From assembly GCA_000004695.1 (NCBI GenBank), contig CM000152.2, positions 5,760,001 to 5,824,000 on the forward strand: a stretch of 64,000 bases of DNA, written 5' to 3'. The stretch is from Dictyostelium discoideum. Its lineage: Eukaryota. The notes beneath the pieces were generated by a model, which did not search any database, was not told the origin of the DNA, and worked only from the letters and a program-made list of their open reading frames with translations. The position numbers and the translations under genes are program-made. Position 1 is the first letter of the stretch. Each line of letters opens with the position of its first letter. Shown here one piece after another: positions 21,580-40,480 of the stretch.

Positions 21580-21660
21580 CGACACCTGCAGGGTTCGAAC
21601 CTGCGCCTCCGAAGAGAACGCCTTAGCAGGGCGCCGCATTAACCACTTTGCTAAGGTGTC
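21580..21660 (-). tRNA. tRNA-Ser (anticodon GCU), class II with long variable arm, 81 nt
   Basis: Minus-strand read: GACACCT-TA-GCA-AAGTGGTTAA-TGC-G-GCGCC-CTGCTAA-GGCGT-TCTCTTCGGAGGC-GCAGG-TTCGAAC-CCTGC-AGGTGTC-G. The acceptor stem pairs 7/7. The anticodon loop CU-GCU-AA gives anticodon GCU. The T-loop is TTCGAAC and the variable arm is CUC/GAG. Confidence 0.85.
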
Positions 21661-21699
21661 ATTGAAAACCAAATGGGTTATACACTTTGCTAAGGAGTT

Positions 21700-21983
21700 A
21701 TCGAAACAAAACAACAACAATCTCTTTTTTTGACTATCTCAAGGAGAAGCAAATAATAATTGCGTTATCCAATTCAAAAAAAAAAAATCTCTTTTTTTGA
21801 TTATTTCATTTTTCATATAAAAAGACTTAAAAAACAAATAAATAAATAAATAAACTATTTTAAAAAGCCATATTTTTACTTTATTGTAATTTATTATTTG
21901 TTTTGTTTTGAAAAAAGAAAAAGATAATCAAAAACAACAACAACAATCTCTTTTTTGATTGTTTCATTTTTCATATAAAAAGA

Positions 21984-22017
<34 letters not shown>

Positions 22018-22445
22018 GGGAACCAATTTAATCAGAAAATTTCCAGATTTTTAACTTTTTAAAGTAAAATAAAAAAATAGAAAGAAAATAAGATGAAAAT
22101 TACAATCAACACCACAAATATTAAGCAACACAAATGCCTACAAAAAATAAGTGAAATTGTGGATAAAACTCAAATAAAAAAAACAATTCAAATATGTCAT
22201 CAAAATCAATCATGAAACTGATGATAAAATAAAAAAAGATTTAGAAAAAAGTTTTGACAAAAAAGATGTTTTAATCAAAAGTAATAATACAATTCAAAAT
22301 TTGAACCTAAAAAAAAAAAAAAAAAAAAAATAAAAATGCAAACTAACCCCTCTTTTAGAGACCCTGTAAAAAACTACAAATAAAATGAGATCTAGCATCT
22401 CAAGGAGAAGCAACTAATAATTGCGTTATCAAATCCAAAAAAAAA
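21700..22445. repeat. Two dispersed short repeat families upstream of the tRNA-Ser gene
   Basis: R1 is CTCAAGGAGAAGCAA[AC]TAATAATTGCGTTATC[CA]AAT[TC]CAAAAAAA at about 21742..21790 and 22398..22445. R2 is CAATCTCTTTTTTGA[TC]T[AG]T[CT]TC (ATTTTTCATATAAAAAGACTTAAAAAA) at about 21714..21740, 21788..21840 and 21945..22000. Confidence 0.6.
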
Positions 22446-22845
22446 AGTGTCATCGAAAACCAAATGGGTAATACACTTTGTTAAGGTGTCATTGAAAACC
22501 AAATGGATAATAACTTTCTTAAGGTGTCATCGAAAACCAAATGGATAATACACTTTGTTAAGGTGTCATTGAAAACCAAATGGGTGATACACTTTGCTAA
22601 GGTGTCTTTGAAAACCAAATGGGTAATACACTTTGTTAAGGTGTATCGAAAACCAAATGGGTGATACACTTTGCTAAGGTGTCATTGAAAATTATTTGAG
22701 TGATACACTTTGCTAAGGTGTCATTAATAATTATTTGGGTGATACACTTTGCTAAAGTGTCATTAAAAACTATTTGAGTGATACACTTTGCTAAGGTGAT
22801 ACACTTTTCTAAGGTGTCATTGAGAACTATTTATGAAAATTTTAA
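22441..22845. repeat. Tandem satellite of about 39 bp x about 10 copies, derived from the 5' end of the tRNA-Ser gene plus its upstream flank
   Basis: Unit GTGTCATTGAAAACCAAATGGGT[GA]ATACACTTTGCTAAG. It contains CTTTGCTAAGGTGTC, which is the reverse complement of the tRNA 5' end GACACCTTAGCAAAG. The same unit occurs once at the true tRNA 5' flank (21641..21700). Later copies are progressively degenerate (…AATTATTTGAGTGATACACTTTGCTAAGGTG…). Confidence 0.8.
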
Positions 22846-23164
22846 AGTTCACCTAATTTTTGGCCGGTCTTTAAAAAAATTCATATTGATATTCAATAAA
22901 CCATTCGATTGGGTTATTTACACCCAATCATATTGTATTTTTAGAATATTCATATGCCATAAAAAATAAAAATATGATAATATCCTCTAAAGTAATACTC
23001 TGCAAACTCGATTTCGAAAAAATAATAAAATGATGTGTTATCTGAAATTTTTGTTTAATCATTTTATCTTATTTCCAAAAAAAAAGAATAAAAAATGATA
23101 AAATTAAAAAAAAGTAAAATGATAAAAATATTAAAAAAAAACAGATTTTATAAATTTAAATCTG

Positions 23165-23195
<31 letters not shown>

Positions 23196-23277
23196 GTTTT
23201 AGGAGTGCCTCTATTTATCAATACCAAATCAATATTAAAAATAAATAAAATTTTATTATTTTAATTTTTAGTTGAAA

Positions 23278-23871
23278 CTAATAACAATTTTCAATTAACC
23301 ATTCAATTCCTTTATTTATACCTAATCCTGTTGCACTACTTGAATATTCAATATGCCATTTTTTATTGTATTTATTATCGTCATTTGATAATTCTAATAG
23401 TATTTCCAATTCTGAAATTGTTATAGGATTATCACGATTAAGTTCATAATAAGTGTGTCTTTGATCTTCCTTAAACAAAAATTCTTTATCATACTTATTT
23501 AAATAAATTAAAATTGGAATTTGTTTTAAATCAATTTGATCATTTAATAGTTTTAAAATTTCAAATTTAACTTCATCAATTTTTTCTCTATCTAAACAAT
23601 TAACTACAAATATTATTGCCGATATTTCTTTATAATAATATTTCCATAAATTATTATTTATTGAACAACCACCTTTAACATCGAATATAGTAAAAGTTGC
23701 ACCATTTAATTCAATATCTTCATAATTAAACCCAATTGTTGGTATGGTTTTTTGAATTTTATTAGTTTTCATTTTATATAACATTGTAGTTTTACCACTA
23801 TCATCAATTCCAATCATTAATATTTTTTTACCAATTTTACAATTTGTTAGTTTAAATATTAAATTTCCCAT
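23278..23871 (-). CDS. ARF-like small GTPase (Arl family), 197 aa, single exon
   Basis: MGN… has an N-terminal Gly for myristoylation. The P-loop is GIDDSGKTTMLYK, followed by a DVKGG switch-II variant, an NKYD (NKxD) motif and SSA (SAK-like). The overall Arf-family layout is present. Confidence 0.7.
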   Translation of the reverse strand: MGNLIFKLTNCKIGKKILMIGIDDSGKTTMLYKMKTNKIQKTIPTIGFNYEDIELNGATFTIFDVKGGCSINNNLWKYYYKEISAIIFVVNCLDREKIDEVKFEILKLLNDQIDLKQIPILIYLNKYDKEFLFKEDQRHTYYELNRDNPITISELEILLELSNDDNKYNKKWHIEYSSSATGLGINKGIEWLIENCY

Positions 23872-24194
23872 TTTTTTCTTACAATAATTTTAGGTATTTA
23901 TAAAAAAAAATGATTTTTTTTTTGTTTTGAAAAAAAAAAAAAAAAATAAATGAATGAAAAAATAAATGAATGAAAAAATAAAAATAAAAAAAAAAATAAA
24001 AATAAAAATATAAAAAAAAACAACAAGGCAATTACCTTGTCAGTTAAAAAAAAATAAAAAAAATAATAAAAAATAATTGATGATATATATCTTTAAATAA
24101 TTTAATATTGAATAACAACGTCTAACATTGCATGTGGTAAAATTTAAAACTTTACCAAAAATTAATTTTTGGGTTATTAGTTTTTTAAATTTCT

Positions 24195-24292
24195 ATTTAT
24201 ATAAAATAATAGTTTTACCCCTTATCATCAACCATTAATGCTCCTATTATCAATTTTTTGATTTTAATATTAAATATTAATTTCTCTTTGAT
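24195..24292 (-). pseudogene. Degenerate duplicated fragment of the 5' end of the ARL gene (about 100 bp)
   Basis: 24200..24290 TAGTTTTACCCCTTATCATCAACCATTAATGCTCCTATTATCAATTTTTTGATTTTAATATTAAATATTAATTTCTC aligns with the ARL 5' coding end at 23787..23871 (TAGTTTTACCACTATCATCAATTCCAATCATTAATATTTTTTTACCAATTTTACAATTTGTTAGTTTAAATATTAAATTTCCC). It carries indels and substitutions and has no intact ORF. Confidence 0.5.
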
Positions 24293-24743
24293 TTTTTTAT
24301 CTTTTTTTTTTTTTTTTTTTAGATATTTTACAACCAAAAAAAAAAAAAAAAATTAAAAATTAAATAAAAAAAATAATTCTTTTAAAATAAATCATTAATA
24401 AAAATCTTTATTTATTTATTTATTTTATTTTTTTTTTTTTTATTTTTTTTTATTTTTTTTTATTTTTTTTTTTATTTAGATTTCGTTTCTCCGTGTATTA
24501 AATCTTTTTTAATGGGTAAAATGAAACCAAAAAAAAATGGAAAATTTGCAAAATGCACATTCACTTCCCATAGTGCACTCGCTTTTTGACCAATAGTTCG
24601 TTTTTGCTATAAAAAAAAAATTTTTTTTTTTTTTCATCAAATGGATTTTTTTAAAGCATTAACTTTTTATTTTTTGAAAAAAAAAAAAAATTATAATAAT
24701 ATAATTTTAAAATCTGAAGATGTTTTTTTTTAATATTCTCTCT

Positions 24744-24779
<36 letters not shown>

Positions 24780-25148
24780 TGTTGTATTAAAATATAAATA
24801 TGTGTATGTTAAAAAAATAAAAATTAAAAAGATTTTCAAAAAACAAAAATAAATATAACAAGTAAGAAAAAAAAAAAAAAAAAAAACAAATCATAAAAAC
24901 CACACGTTCAACGAATTTTGTTATAAATAAACGAAATCAAACGAGATATCATCGTTTTTTTTTTTTTTTGCTTTTTTTTTTTTGTCAATCATTCATACCA
25001 TTTTTTTTTTTTTTTTGAAAATATCTGGTGATTTTGAATTTGTTTAGTTTTTTTTTTATTTTATTTTTATTTTATTTTATTTTATTTTTTTTTTTTTTAT
25101 TTTTTTTTTATTTTGACAAATTGATATAATCACCTTCTTGGTAGCAAT

Positions 25149-25149
<1 letters not shown>

Positions 25150-25225
<76 letters not shown>
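25150..25225. repeat. Homopolymer (T) of about 76 in the promoter-proximal region of the first Grl-like gene
   Basis: An uninterrupted T run on the + strand. Other long runs are T about 55 at 8340..8394 and A about 66 at 62181..62246. Confidence 0.9.
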
Positions 25226-25478
25226 CATAACAAACATTTTTTTTAAATAAAAAAGAGATAAATTAATACTAATAAAAATTAAAAATAATAATAATAAATA
25301 AAAAAAATAATAAAAAATAAAAAAATAACAAAAACAAAAATAATAAAAATAGACAAATTAAAATAAAAAACCCTAAACAAAAAAAAAATAAAAAAATAAA
25401 ATTTTGAACATACACAAAATTCGTAAAGGGGGTGATTTTTTTTAATCAAAAAAAAAAAAATTAAAAAAATAAAATAAA

Positions 25479-27871
25479 ATGAAAAATATTTTAAAAATTT
25501 TAATTTTAATTTTAATATGTATAAATAAAATAAATTGTCTTGATGGAGATGGAAAACAATTTAGAATGATAATGTTATTATCAGCCAATGTAAATGATAT
25601 GGGATTTAATAATATGATGAATCAAGGTAGAATTGGAGTTTCAAAGAATTTACAAATTGAAGATTCAAGATTAATAGTAGTAGATGGAGAGAATGATACC
25701 AAAGCCTTAGTTGAACCAATCCTACAAAATGAAGATATCGATTTCGTTATATGTTCTAGCCAAGGTCATACTGTCGCATGTAAATATTTTGCCGATAAAT
25801 ATTTAAAACATCCAACTGTGAAAACCCAATTCTTAATCAGAGGAAGTGGTTCCTCAACAGCCAATCTAATCCAATTCAACTATAACTTTGCCTCATGCAA
25901 CTACATGAGTGGTTACTTTGCCGGTTTGCATACAAAAACCAATAAAATCGGCTTCCTTTCACCGGGCGCCCCAAAGGTGAATGATGCTTGGGTGTATGCA
26001 TTCTGGCTTGGAGCAAAACAAGTTAATCCAAAAATCCAATTTTTCTACTACAACGTAGGTGCATTCTTAAATCCAGACGCTTCCGAAAGAGCCACCAACG
26101 ATCTATTGGAGAGAGGTTGTGATGTCATTGGTAATACATTGGATGATTTCTCAAGTGGTATCACAATTATGTCCAAAGGGTATCGTACGATTGGTACCAA
26201 TGGTTTCCCACAAAAACTGATCTATGGTGAAAAGATTCTATACAGTTATGCCTACAATTGGACTAAACTATTCTTACCAATTGCTATGAGTGTCAAAGCT
26301 GGTATTACCAATAATACCAATGGCTATGGTGATTTCAATCTTGATGAAAGTAAAAACTTTTTCAATATAGAATATAGTTATGGTGTTAGCACTGATACAA
26401 TCAATAGAATGAATCAACAAATTACCTTTTTAAAATCAAATTCAAGATTTACTCATCCATATTATTGTAATGAATATTTGCCAGAATATACTAAAAAAAA
26501 TAATTTAAATTTATCAACTTCACCAACTGTTAATAATTTAATTTGTATTGATCATTCAACATTTTTAAAAATTAATCCACCATTTCCTGGTATGACTTAT
26601 TTAGGTATTTATAATATATCATTAGTTGAAGTAAATATTATATTTAAAAAAAAAAAAAAAAAAAAAAATTATTTATTTTATTTATATATTAATTTTAAAA
26701 TTTTATTATTTTTTTTAAATTAAAATAGGTTGAATTTTCACAATCAATCCAAAATGGTTTTTCAATTACAACTGGTATTTTAATTGGAATTACAATTTTA
26801 ATGATGATTGGTATTATTAAATATAGTAAAACTCCATCAATGAGATCAGCAAGTCCAATTTTCTTAAATTTTATATTAGCCGGTGGTATAATTGTTTATA
26901 TTGGTATAATTGTTTGGGTTGGTCCAATGAGTACTCATTCATGTAATGCTAGACTTTGGTTAGTTACACTTGGTTTTTCAACATTAATTGGTAGTTTGGT
27001 TGTAAAGAATTTTAGAATTTGGTTAATTTTTGATAATCCAGAATTGAAATCAATTAAAATTACAAATTATCAATTATTCCCATGGGTTGGTGCTTGTTTA
27101 GTAATTAATATCATATTAATGGCAATACTAACAAGTGTTGGTGATTTAAAACAAATCGATGCAATGAATATTGATTCGTTAGGTAAATATGAGTATATGA
27201 AAGTTTGTAAAATGAATAGTTCTGGTGCATCAACATTGTATACGATTTTAGCATATTTCGCAGCACTACTATTGGTTGGTGTATTTGTATCATGGAAGAT
27301 TAGAATCGTAGATATTCTAGAGTTTAATGAATCTGGTGCAATTGCAAATACATTATATGCTATTAGCTTTTGTTTATTCGTAATTGTACCATTGATGATA
27401 TCACCACAAGATATGCAATCAGAGACTATTATACTTTGTACAACTGGTTTATTCATTACCACTGCGGCTTTATTGATTATTTTCATTCCAAAATTCTGGA
27501 GAGTATTTAGAAAAGGTGCTAATGATAGTGAAATTAATTTTAATAAAAAGAAATCATCATCAGTTGCAACTGCACGTGCTGAAAGTGGTAGTAAAGGTTC
27601 AAATGGAAATGCTAGTAGTGGTAATAGAACAAATCGTAGAGGAAATGTTGTATCTGGTGATTTTACTGATGATTCTGAATCATCTGTAGGTGATGAAAAT
27701 CAAAAAGAAAAAGAAAAAATAAAAGATGATGTTGCTAATGTTACCTCTGGTGCAGTTTTGGCTGAATTTACTGATGAAGCTTCAGATACAGATAATAATG
27801 AATTTAATGATATTGAATTATCAGAACAACCACCAAGTATTATTGTCAATGATTCAGAAAATAATAATTAA
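25479..27871 (+). CDS. Class-C (family 3) GPCR-like protein. Periplasmic-binding/BMP-like extracellular domain plus 7TM, Grl (metabotropic glutamate/GABA-B receptor-like) family. 2 exons: 25479..26630, 26729..27871 (about 764 aa)
   Basis: Signal peptide, then GFNNMMNQGRIGV…VICSSQGH… (BMP/PnrA-like binding domain). Exon 1 ends …SLVE | GTAAAT and the 98-nt intron ends AAATAG. Exon 2 (VEFSQSIQNGFSITTG…) holds seven hydrophobic helices including NARLWLVTLGFSTLIGSLVVKNFRIWLIF (class-C TM3-like), followed by an acidic Ser-rich tail. Confidence 0.6.
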
Positions 27872-27905
27872 AAATAATAAAAAAAAAAAAAAAAATGGAA
27901 GAGCG

Positions 27906-27938
<33 letters not shown>

Positions 27939-28563
27939 AATTAAATACTTAACTGGAAAATACCGACAGAAAAAACAAAGTTAAAAATAATAATGTGTAC
28001 TTTTATTTGTAGAATTTTAAAATTTAAAAATAAAATAAAAAATATAAAAAATATAAAAAATTAAAAAAAAAAAAAAAAAAAAAAGAGTAAAATGGATTCG
28101 GTCACTATTTTAAATTTATTATAAAAAAAATACCAACATTATAAGGATATTTTAAAAATTTTTTTAAATATTATTTTTTTTTTTTTTATTTTTTTTTTTT
28201 TAAATTTGCAGGGTGTTTTTACATATCTAAAAAAACAAAGTGACTTTCCCACCGCTCGTCAACATAAAACTGATTGGATATAAAAAAAAATTTTTAAATT
28301 GCCGAGCAACTTTACATCAAATTTTGTTTTTTTTTTTAAACTGATTCAAATAATATTTTTTTAAAGTACTAAATTTAGGAATACAAGAAAATCACTATCC
28401 AATCAAATTGTTTTTTTTAATCTTTTCAAATTCTAAAAAAAAAAAAAAATCGACTAAAAATAACTCTTTTTTTTTGTTTTCAAAAAATATTCGTTTTTTT
28501 TTCACGCTCACACACCAGTTCATAGTCAATATTTTTTTTATTTTGATTATTCCACAAATTAAA

Positions 28564-28595
<32 letters not shown>

Positions 28596-29444
28596 AGTAA
28601 AGTGATTAGTAACATAAATTTTAAAATATTTTTAAAAATTGAATTTTTAAAAAAAAAAAAATTTTTTAAAATTTATTAAAATTGAATAGAAAAAAAAAAA
28701 AAAACAGAAAAAAAAAAAAAAAAAAAAAAACAAAAAAAGATATATAAAAATCCAATGACACTGTTATTATTTATTTATTTTCATATTTCCAAATTATTTT
28801 GATAAAATCCCCACACCCCAACACATCGTCGTTCACACCATAACTTTTTCTTTTTAGGGTTATCTAGATAATTTTTTTTTTTAGAAAAAAAAAAAAAATG
28901 GTATTATATATAAAATGATGTTGATATTTTTAAAAAAAGGCTGATAAATAACAACACCATTATTTTTCCTTTATTTATTTTAATTTTTTTTTTTTTTTAT
29001 TAAAAAAAAACTAATTTTGTAACTAAACAAAAAAAAAATTTTAAAAATAAAAAAAAAAAGTTTAAAAAAAAAAAATTTTAGTCTTTTTATTTTTAAAAAA
29101 AAAAACTATTTTTGTAAAACCTATAGGACAAAAAAAAACATCTAAATTTTATTTATTTATTATTTTTTTGCACATCTAATTTTTCTTTATAGTAAAAATA
29201 AAATATTTATAAATTTTTTAAAAAAAAAAAAAAATAAAATAAAAAAAAAAAAAAAAAAATTACCAACTGACAAACTAAAAAAGAAAAAAAAAAATAAAAA
29301 TAAAAAAAAAAATCTAATAATTAAAAAAAAAAAAAAAAAAAAAAATAATAATAACAATAATAATAAAAAAAAAAAAATAGAATAATAACAAAGATTTTAA
29401 ATTTATAAATAAAATAAAAATTAGATTTCCAATTTTTTTTTTTG

Positions 29445-31965
<2,521 letters not shown>

Positions 31966-32758
31966 ATTATATAGAATAATAAAAAAATATATATACCAAT
32001 AACAATAACAATAAAAAAAAAAAAAAATTGTAAAAATAATAAAATAAATCTCAATTAGATTGTTAACATTTTTTTTTTTCCTCTATTTTTAATCCTAAAA
32101 TTGGAAAATTTTGGAAAATGATAAATAATTAGCCCTGTTGACTTTTTTTTTTTTTTATGAGTTTTAATACTTTTTATTTTATATTATTTTTATATTAGTG
32201 CTACTTTTGTAAAATGTTTTATCATTTTTTCAATTTTATTTTTTTTTATTTTTTTTTTTATATATATATGTTTCTTTTAATATTTAAGTGATTAATAAAT
32301 TACTGGTAGTTTTGTTGATGTCAATTTGGTGTAAATGAAATAAATCGACAAAAATAGAATAAAATTGTGCAATGCATCTTTTTTTTTTTTATTTTTTTTT
32401 ATTTTTATTTTTATTTTTTCATTTTTTTATTTTTTTTTTTTTTAAAATTTTCAGTTGCCCCGATTTCAATTATGAATTTTTTTTTTTTTTTTTTTTTATT
32501 AAAATTTTAATTAAATTTCTTTTTTTTATTACTTTTAATTTTTTTTTTAATTTTTTAATTCTCAAAATTTTTTTTTTTTTTTTTTTGTTTTTTTTTTTAA
32601 TATAGTTATACGTAAATAATATAGCTACATTTCTTTTTTTTTTTTATTTTTATTTATTTTTTCTCATATAAAAAAAAAAAAAAAAAAAAAAAATATAACC
32701 CAATCATCATACCCACACAAAAATAAAAAAATAAAAATAACACACCACACATATAAAA

Positions 32759-33268
32759 ATGAAAAAAAGAGTAACAATTAGATTTTATGTTAAAAAGAAA
32801 TTAGAATATGGGCAAAGATTAAAAGTATGTGGATCAGTTAGAGGATTGGGTAGTTGGAATTCAAAATCTGCCATCCAAATGAATTGGACAGAGAATGATT
32901 GGTGGACTGGTGAGTTTCAATTTGAAGCTACTTCAAATTTACCCAAAAACAACTTCAAATTAGAAACATCATCATATTATTTTAGAAATAAAAATCAATA
33001 TCATAATAATAATAATAATAACAACAACAATGAGGGTTTTATTGATCAACAACAAATTAATAATTTATTTTCAAATAGTAAAAAACAAAATCATTTACCA
33101 AAATCATCATCATCCTCATCATCATCATTCTCATCATCATCAATTTCATCATACACTGTAGAAGAGGATGATTATTTTGGTAATAATAATAATAATAATA
33201 ACAACTACAATAATCAAAGTGTAGACAATAATAGTTTCATGAATAATCAAATGTCATCATATGATGAA

Positions 33269-33326
<58 letters not shown>

Positions 33327-35128
33327 GTTATAATAATGGTTATAATAGTGATACATTAAATTATGGATGTGGTGATGGTAGTTCAAATAGTGTAAATTAT
33401 CAATTAAGTAATTCACAATCATTATCTCCATCACTTAAAGGTACATCACCACAATTGATCGAATTTGATTATAAATATATGTATGAATCTTATGATTGTC
33501 AATATTGGGAGAAAGGAGCAAATCATCGTGTTTCTTTTATGATGTGGTCAAATGATTTCTCAAATGAAGAAGAAGAAATTTATATTGAAATTAGAGATGA
33601 ATATGAAGGTGTATGTATAACAATATTTTTATATATATATATATATTATTTATTTACTAATAATAATAATTAATAGGGTAATGAAGTTTTCCCAACATTA
33701 GATTATAGATCATTAAGTAAAGTATCATCACCACCATTATATAGTTTGGATGAATTATCATTAATCGATAGTAATAGTAATATTAATAATAATAATACAA
33801 CATCAACACCATCATCATCAATAACAACTACAACATTAACATCAAATAATAGTAATGATGATTTGGTTGGATTACAATTTAAATATTCATTTTTACAACC
33901 ATTGGAATCACAAATTATACCAAGATTTCCAGCACAAATTTGTACATTTGTTGTGATGGATGAAGGTGATTCTGAATTTCATTCAGTGAATTTAGTTAGT
34001 CAATTCTTTGGTACCGATAGTCAGAAATCATTGAGAATGTATCCAGTGACAAGAGCAGGATCATCTAATACCATTTGGATAGGTCAAATCTATTCACCAC
34101 AACCAATGAAATTTGAATATCATTATGTTGTAACAAGTAGTAATAATCGTGGTATCTATTGGGAGAAAGAGAAACGTACATTTTCAACATCGAATTGTAA
34201 TGATAATTTGGTGATCAATAATGATGGTATGATAAAGTACTCCGATGTGTCTGATAGTTGGGTGAAGACTGGTTTCGTGGGTCTATTGGAACAGGATTAC
34301 AATTGTTCGATATCGTGTGTCGTTCAATTATTATATCATATAGTACCATTACGTAATATCATCAAGAATTTGGGTGGAAAGATTGGGTTCCCTTTCACCC
34401 AATGTTTGGCAAAGATTTTCACTTCAATGGAGATGGGATTCGGAACCACCGATATATCACCTCTACCCAATTCAATAGGGTCACAGGATTCTGCAGAGAT
34501 ATTGGATATCATTGTCAATGCTTTGATCGAGGAGATATCAAGAATTTCAAAGAATAATAATGATTACAGTTTGTCAATCGAGTGTTGTAAATTGTTTGAG
34601 GGTGAACAACAACATACCTACGTTTGTATCGATAAGGATGGTAGAATCAACTCTATGAAAACTAGTAATGAAAAGTTTGTAAATATCATATTACCAGTGA
34701 AAGGATTCAGTTCCTTGGAGGACTCGTTGGAGTTCTATAAACATAGTGAGGAGAAATCGGTGGTTGGCGATGGTAGCATCTATGAATCTATGAATGAGTT
34801 TGTAACGATTCCTGATATTTTAATATTCCAATTGGATCGTACAGATTATGAAAATAGAAAAACTATAAAGGTTTCAAATAATTTCAGTTTTCCAAAATCA
34901 TTAGATATCACTAGTCATAATGGTGATAGAGTTAAATTCAAAATAGTTGGTATCCTTTGTCATTCAGGTTCTGACTTTTATGGTGGTGGTCATTTCTTTT
35001 TATTCATTCATCAAAATAATAAATTTTATAAATTTGATGGTTCAAATGTTTCAATTTCAAATAATCAAGAAGCAATCATTAATAATTTTGGTGGTGATTC
35101 AAATCAAACTGCTTGTATGTATTATTAA
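32759..35128 (+). CDS. Protein with an N-terminal CBM20 starch-binding domain and a C-terminal USP-type ubiquitin carboxyl-terminal hydrolase (C19) domain. 2 exons: 32759..33610, 33677..35128 (about 767 aa)
   Basis: CBM20: VTIRFYVKKKLEYGQRLKVCGSVRGLGSWNSKSAIQMNWTENDWWTGEF…IEFDYKYMYESYDCQYWEKGANHRVSF. The intron is GTATGT…TTAATAG (66 nt), phase 0. USP Cys-box-like: GLLEQDYNCSISCVVQLLYH. USP His-box: KFKIVGILCHSGSDFYGGGHFFLFIHQNNKFYKFDGSNV. Confidence 0.55.
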
Positions 35129-35938
35129 ATTATTATTTTTTTTTTTTTAAAAAAAAAAAAAGATATTAATATATATATTTTTATTTTACTTTTTTTTTAG
35201 ATGTTTTGATTTATCAAAAAATAAATCAATTAGATAGTTTTAATTAAATTGGGATAGATATTAATAATAAAAAAAAAATAAATAAAATCTTAAAAAAAAA
35301 AAGAAATAAAAATTTTTTTTTTATTTATTTATTTTTTTATATTTATTTTTAAATCAGAATTCATATTTAGATTAATAATATAATAATAATAATAGAAAAA
35401 AAAAAAAAAATAAAAAATAAAAAAAAAAATAAATTGGAAAAATAAAATTATTTTTAGTGGTATTCACTATTTTCATATCCATCAAAGATATTTTTTTTAT
35501 TTATTTTAATTTCTTTTTTTTTTTTTTTTTTTTTATTTTTTTGGGGTTAATGCACCTTAATTTCATTTTTTTTTTTTATTATTATTTTTTTTATCATAAA
35601 TGGTATACATTCATTAACTTTTTTTAATTTAATAAAATGAAAAATTTAAAATATTAAAAAATGTAAGTCATTTTTAGAATAAAATTTCAACATCTTTTTT
35701 TTTATTTTCTTTTTTTGTATAAAATATGTCTATTTTTATATCACATGTGTTTTATTTTATTTTCCAATAAAAATAAAAAAATAAAAATAAAAAAAAAAAA
35801 AAAAGTAAAAAAAAAAAAAAAAGTTAAAAAAAAAAAAAGAATAGTTTTCTAGAGAACAACACATATTTAATACAACCTCATACTACACACACAAAACACA
35901 CACATAATATTAACAAAAAAAAAAAAAAAAAAAAAAAA

Positions 35939-40480
<4,542 letters not shown>

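Noticed and set aside
22086-22208. 40-codon ORF MKITINTTNIKQHKCLQKISEIVDKTQIKKTIQICHQNQS within the repeat-rich tRNA upstream region
   Set aside because: It is short, lies in a repeat context, and has no recognisable similarity. It is more likely chance than a gene.
22481-22969. ORFs 22481..22669 (−) and 22778..22969 (+) with an internally repetitive peptide sequence
   Set aside because: They lie entirely within the 39-bp tRNA-derived satellite. The periodic peptide simply reflects the DNA repeat.
27070-27486. Minus-strand ORFs inside the Grl-like genes (27070..27486, 27111..27293, 31299..31697, 31684..31962)
   Set aside because: They are antisense to well-supported 7TM coding sequence and have no features of their own.
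28200-28560. Non-AT patches such as GTGACTTTCCCACCGCTCGTCAACATAAAACTGATTGG, considered as a possible snoRNA or small RNA
   Set aside because: They could not be folded into a convincing C/D or H/ACA box arrangement by eye. They are more likely promoter or UTR elements of the downstream receptor gene.
29442-29477. ORF-track N-terminus MIKKKKKKKKKK for the second Grl-like gene, with similar TTG/GTG starts at 35939, 15739 and 7537
   Set aside because: These track entries begin at non-ATG codons (TTG or GTG) inside poly-A. The biologically sensible start is the first ATG, at 29478 (MKMKIIF…). The others need an upstream exon or are frameshifted.
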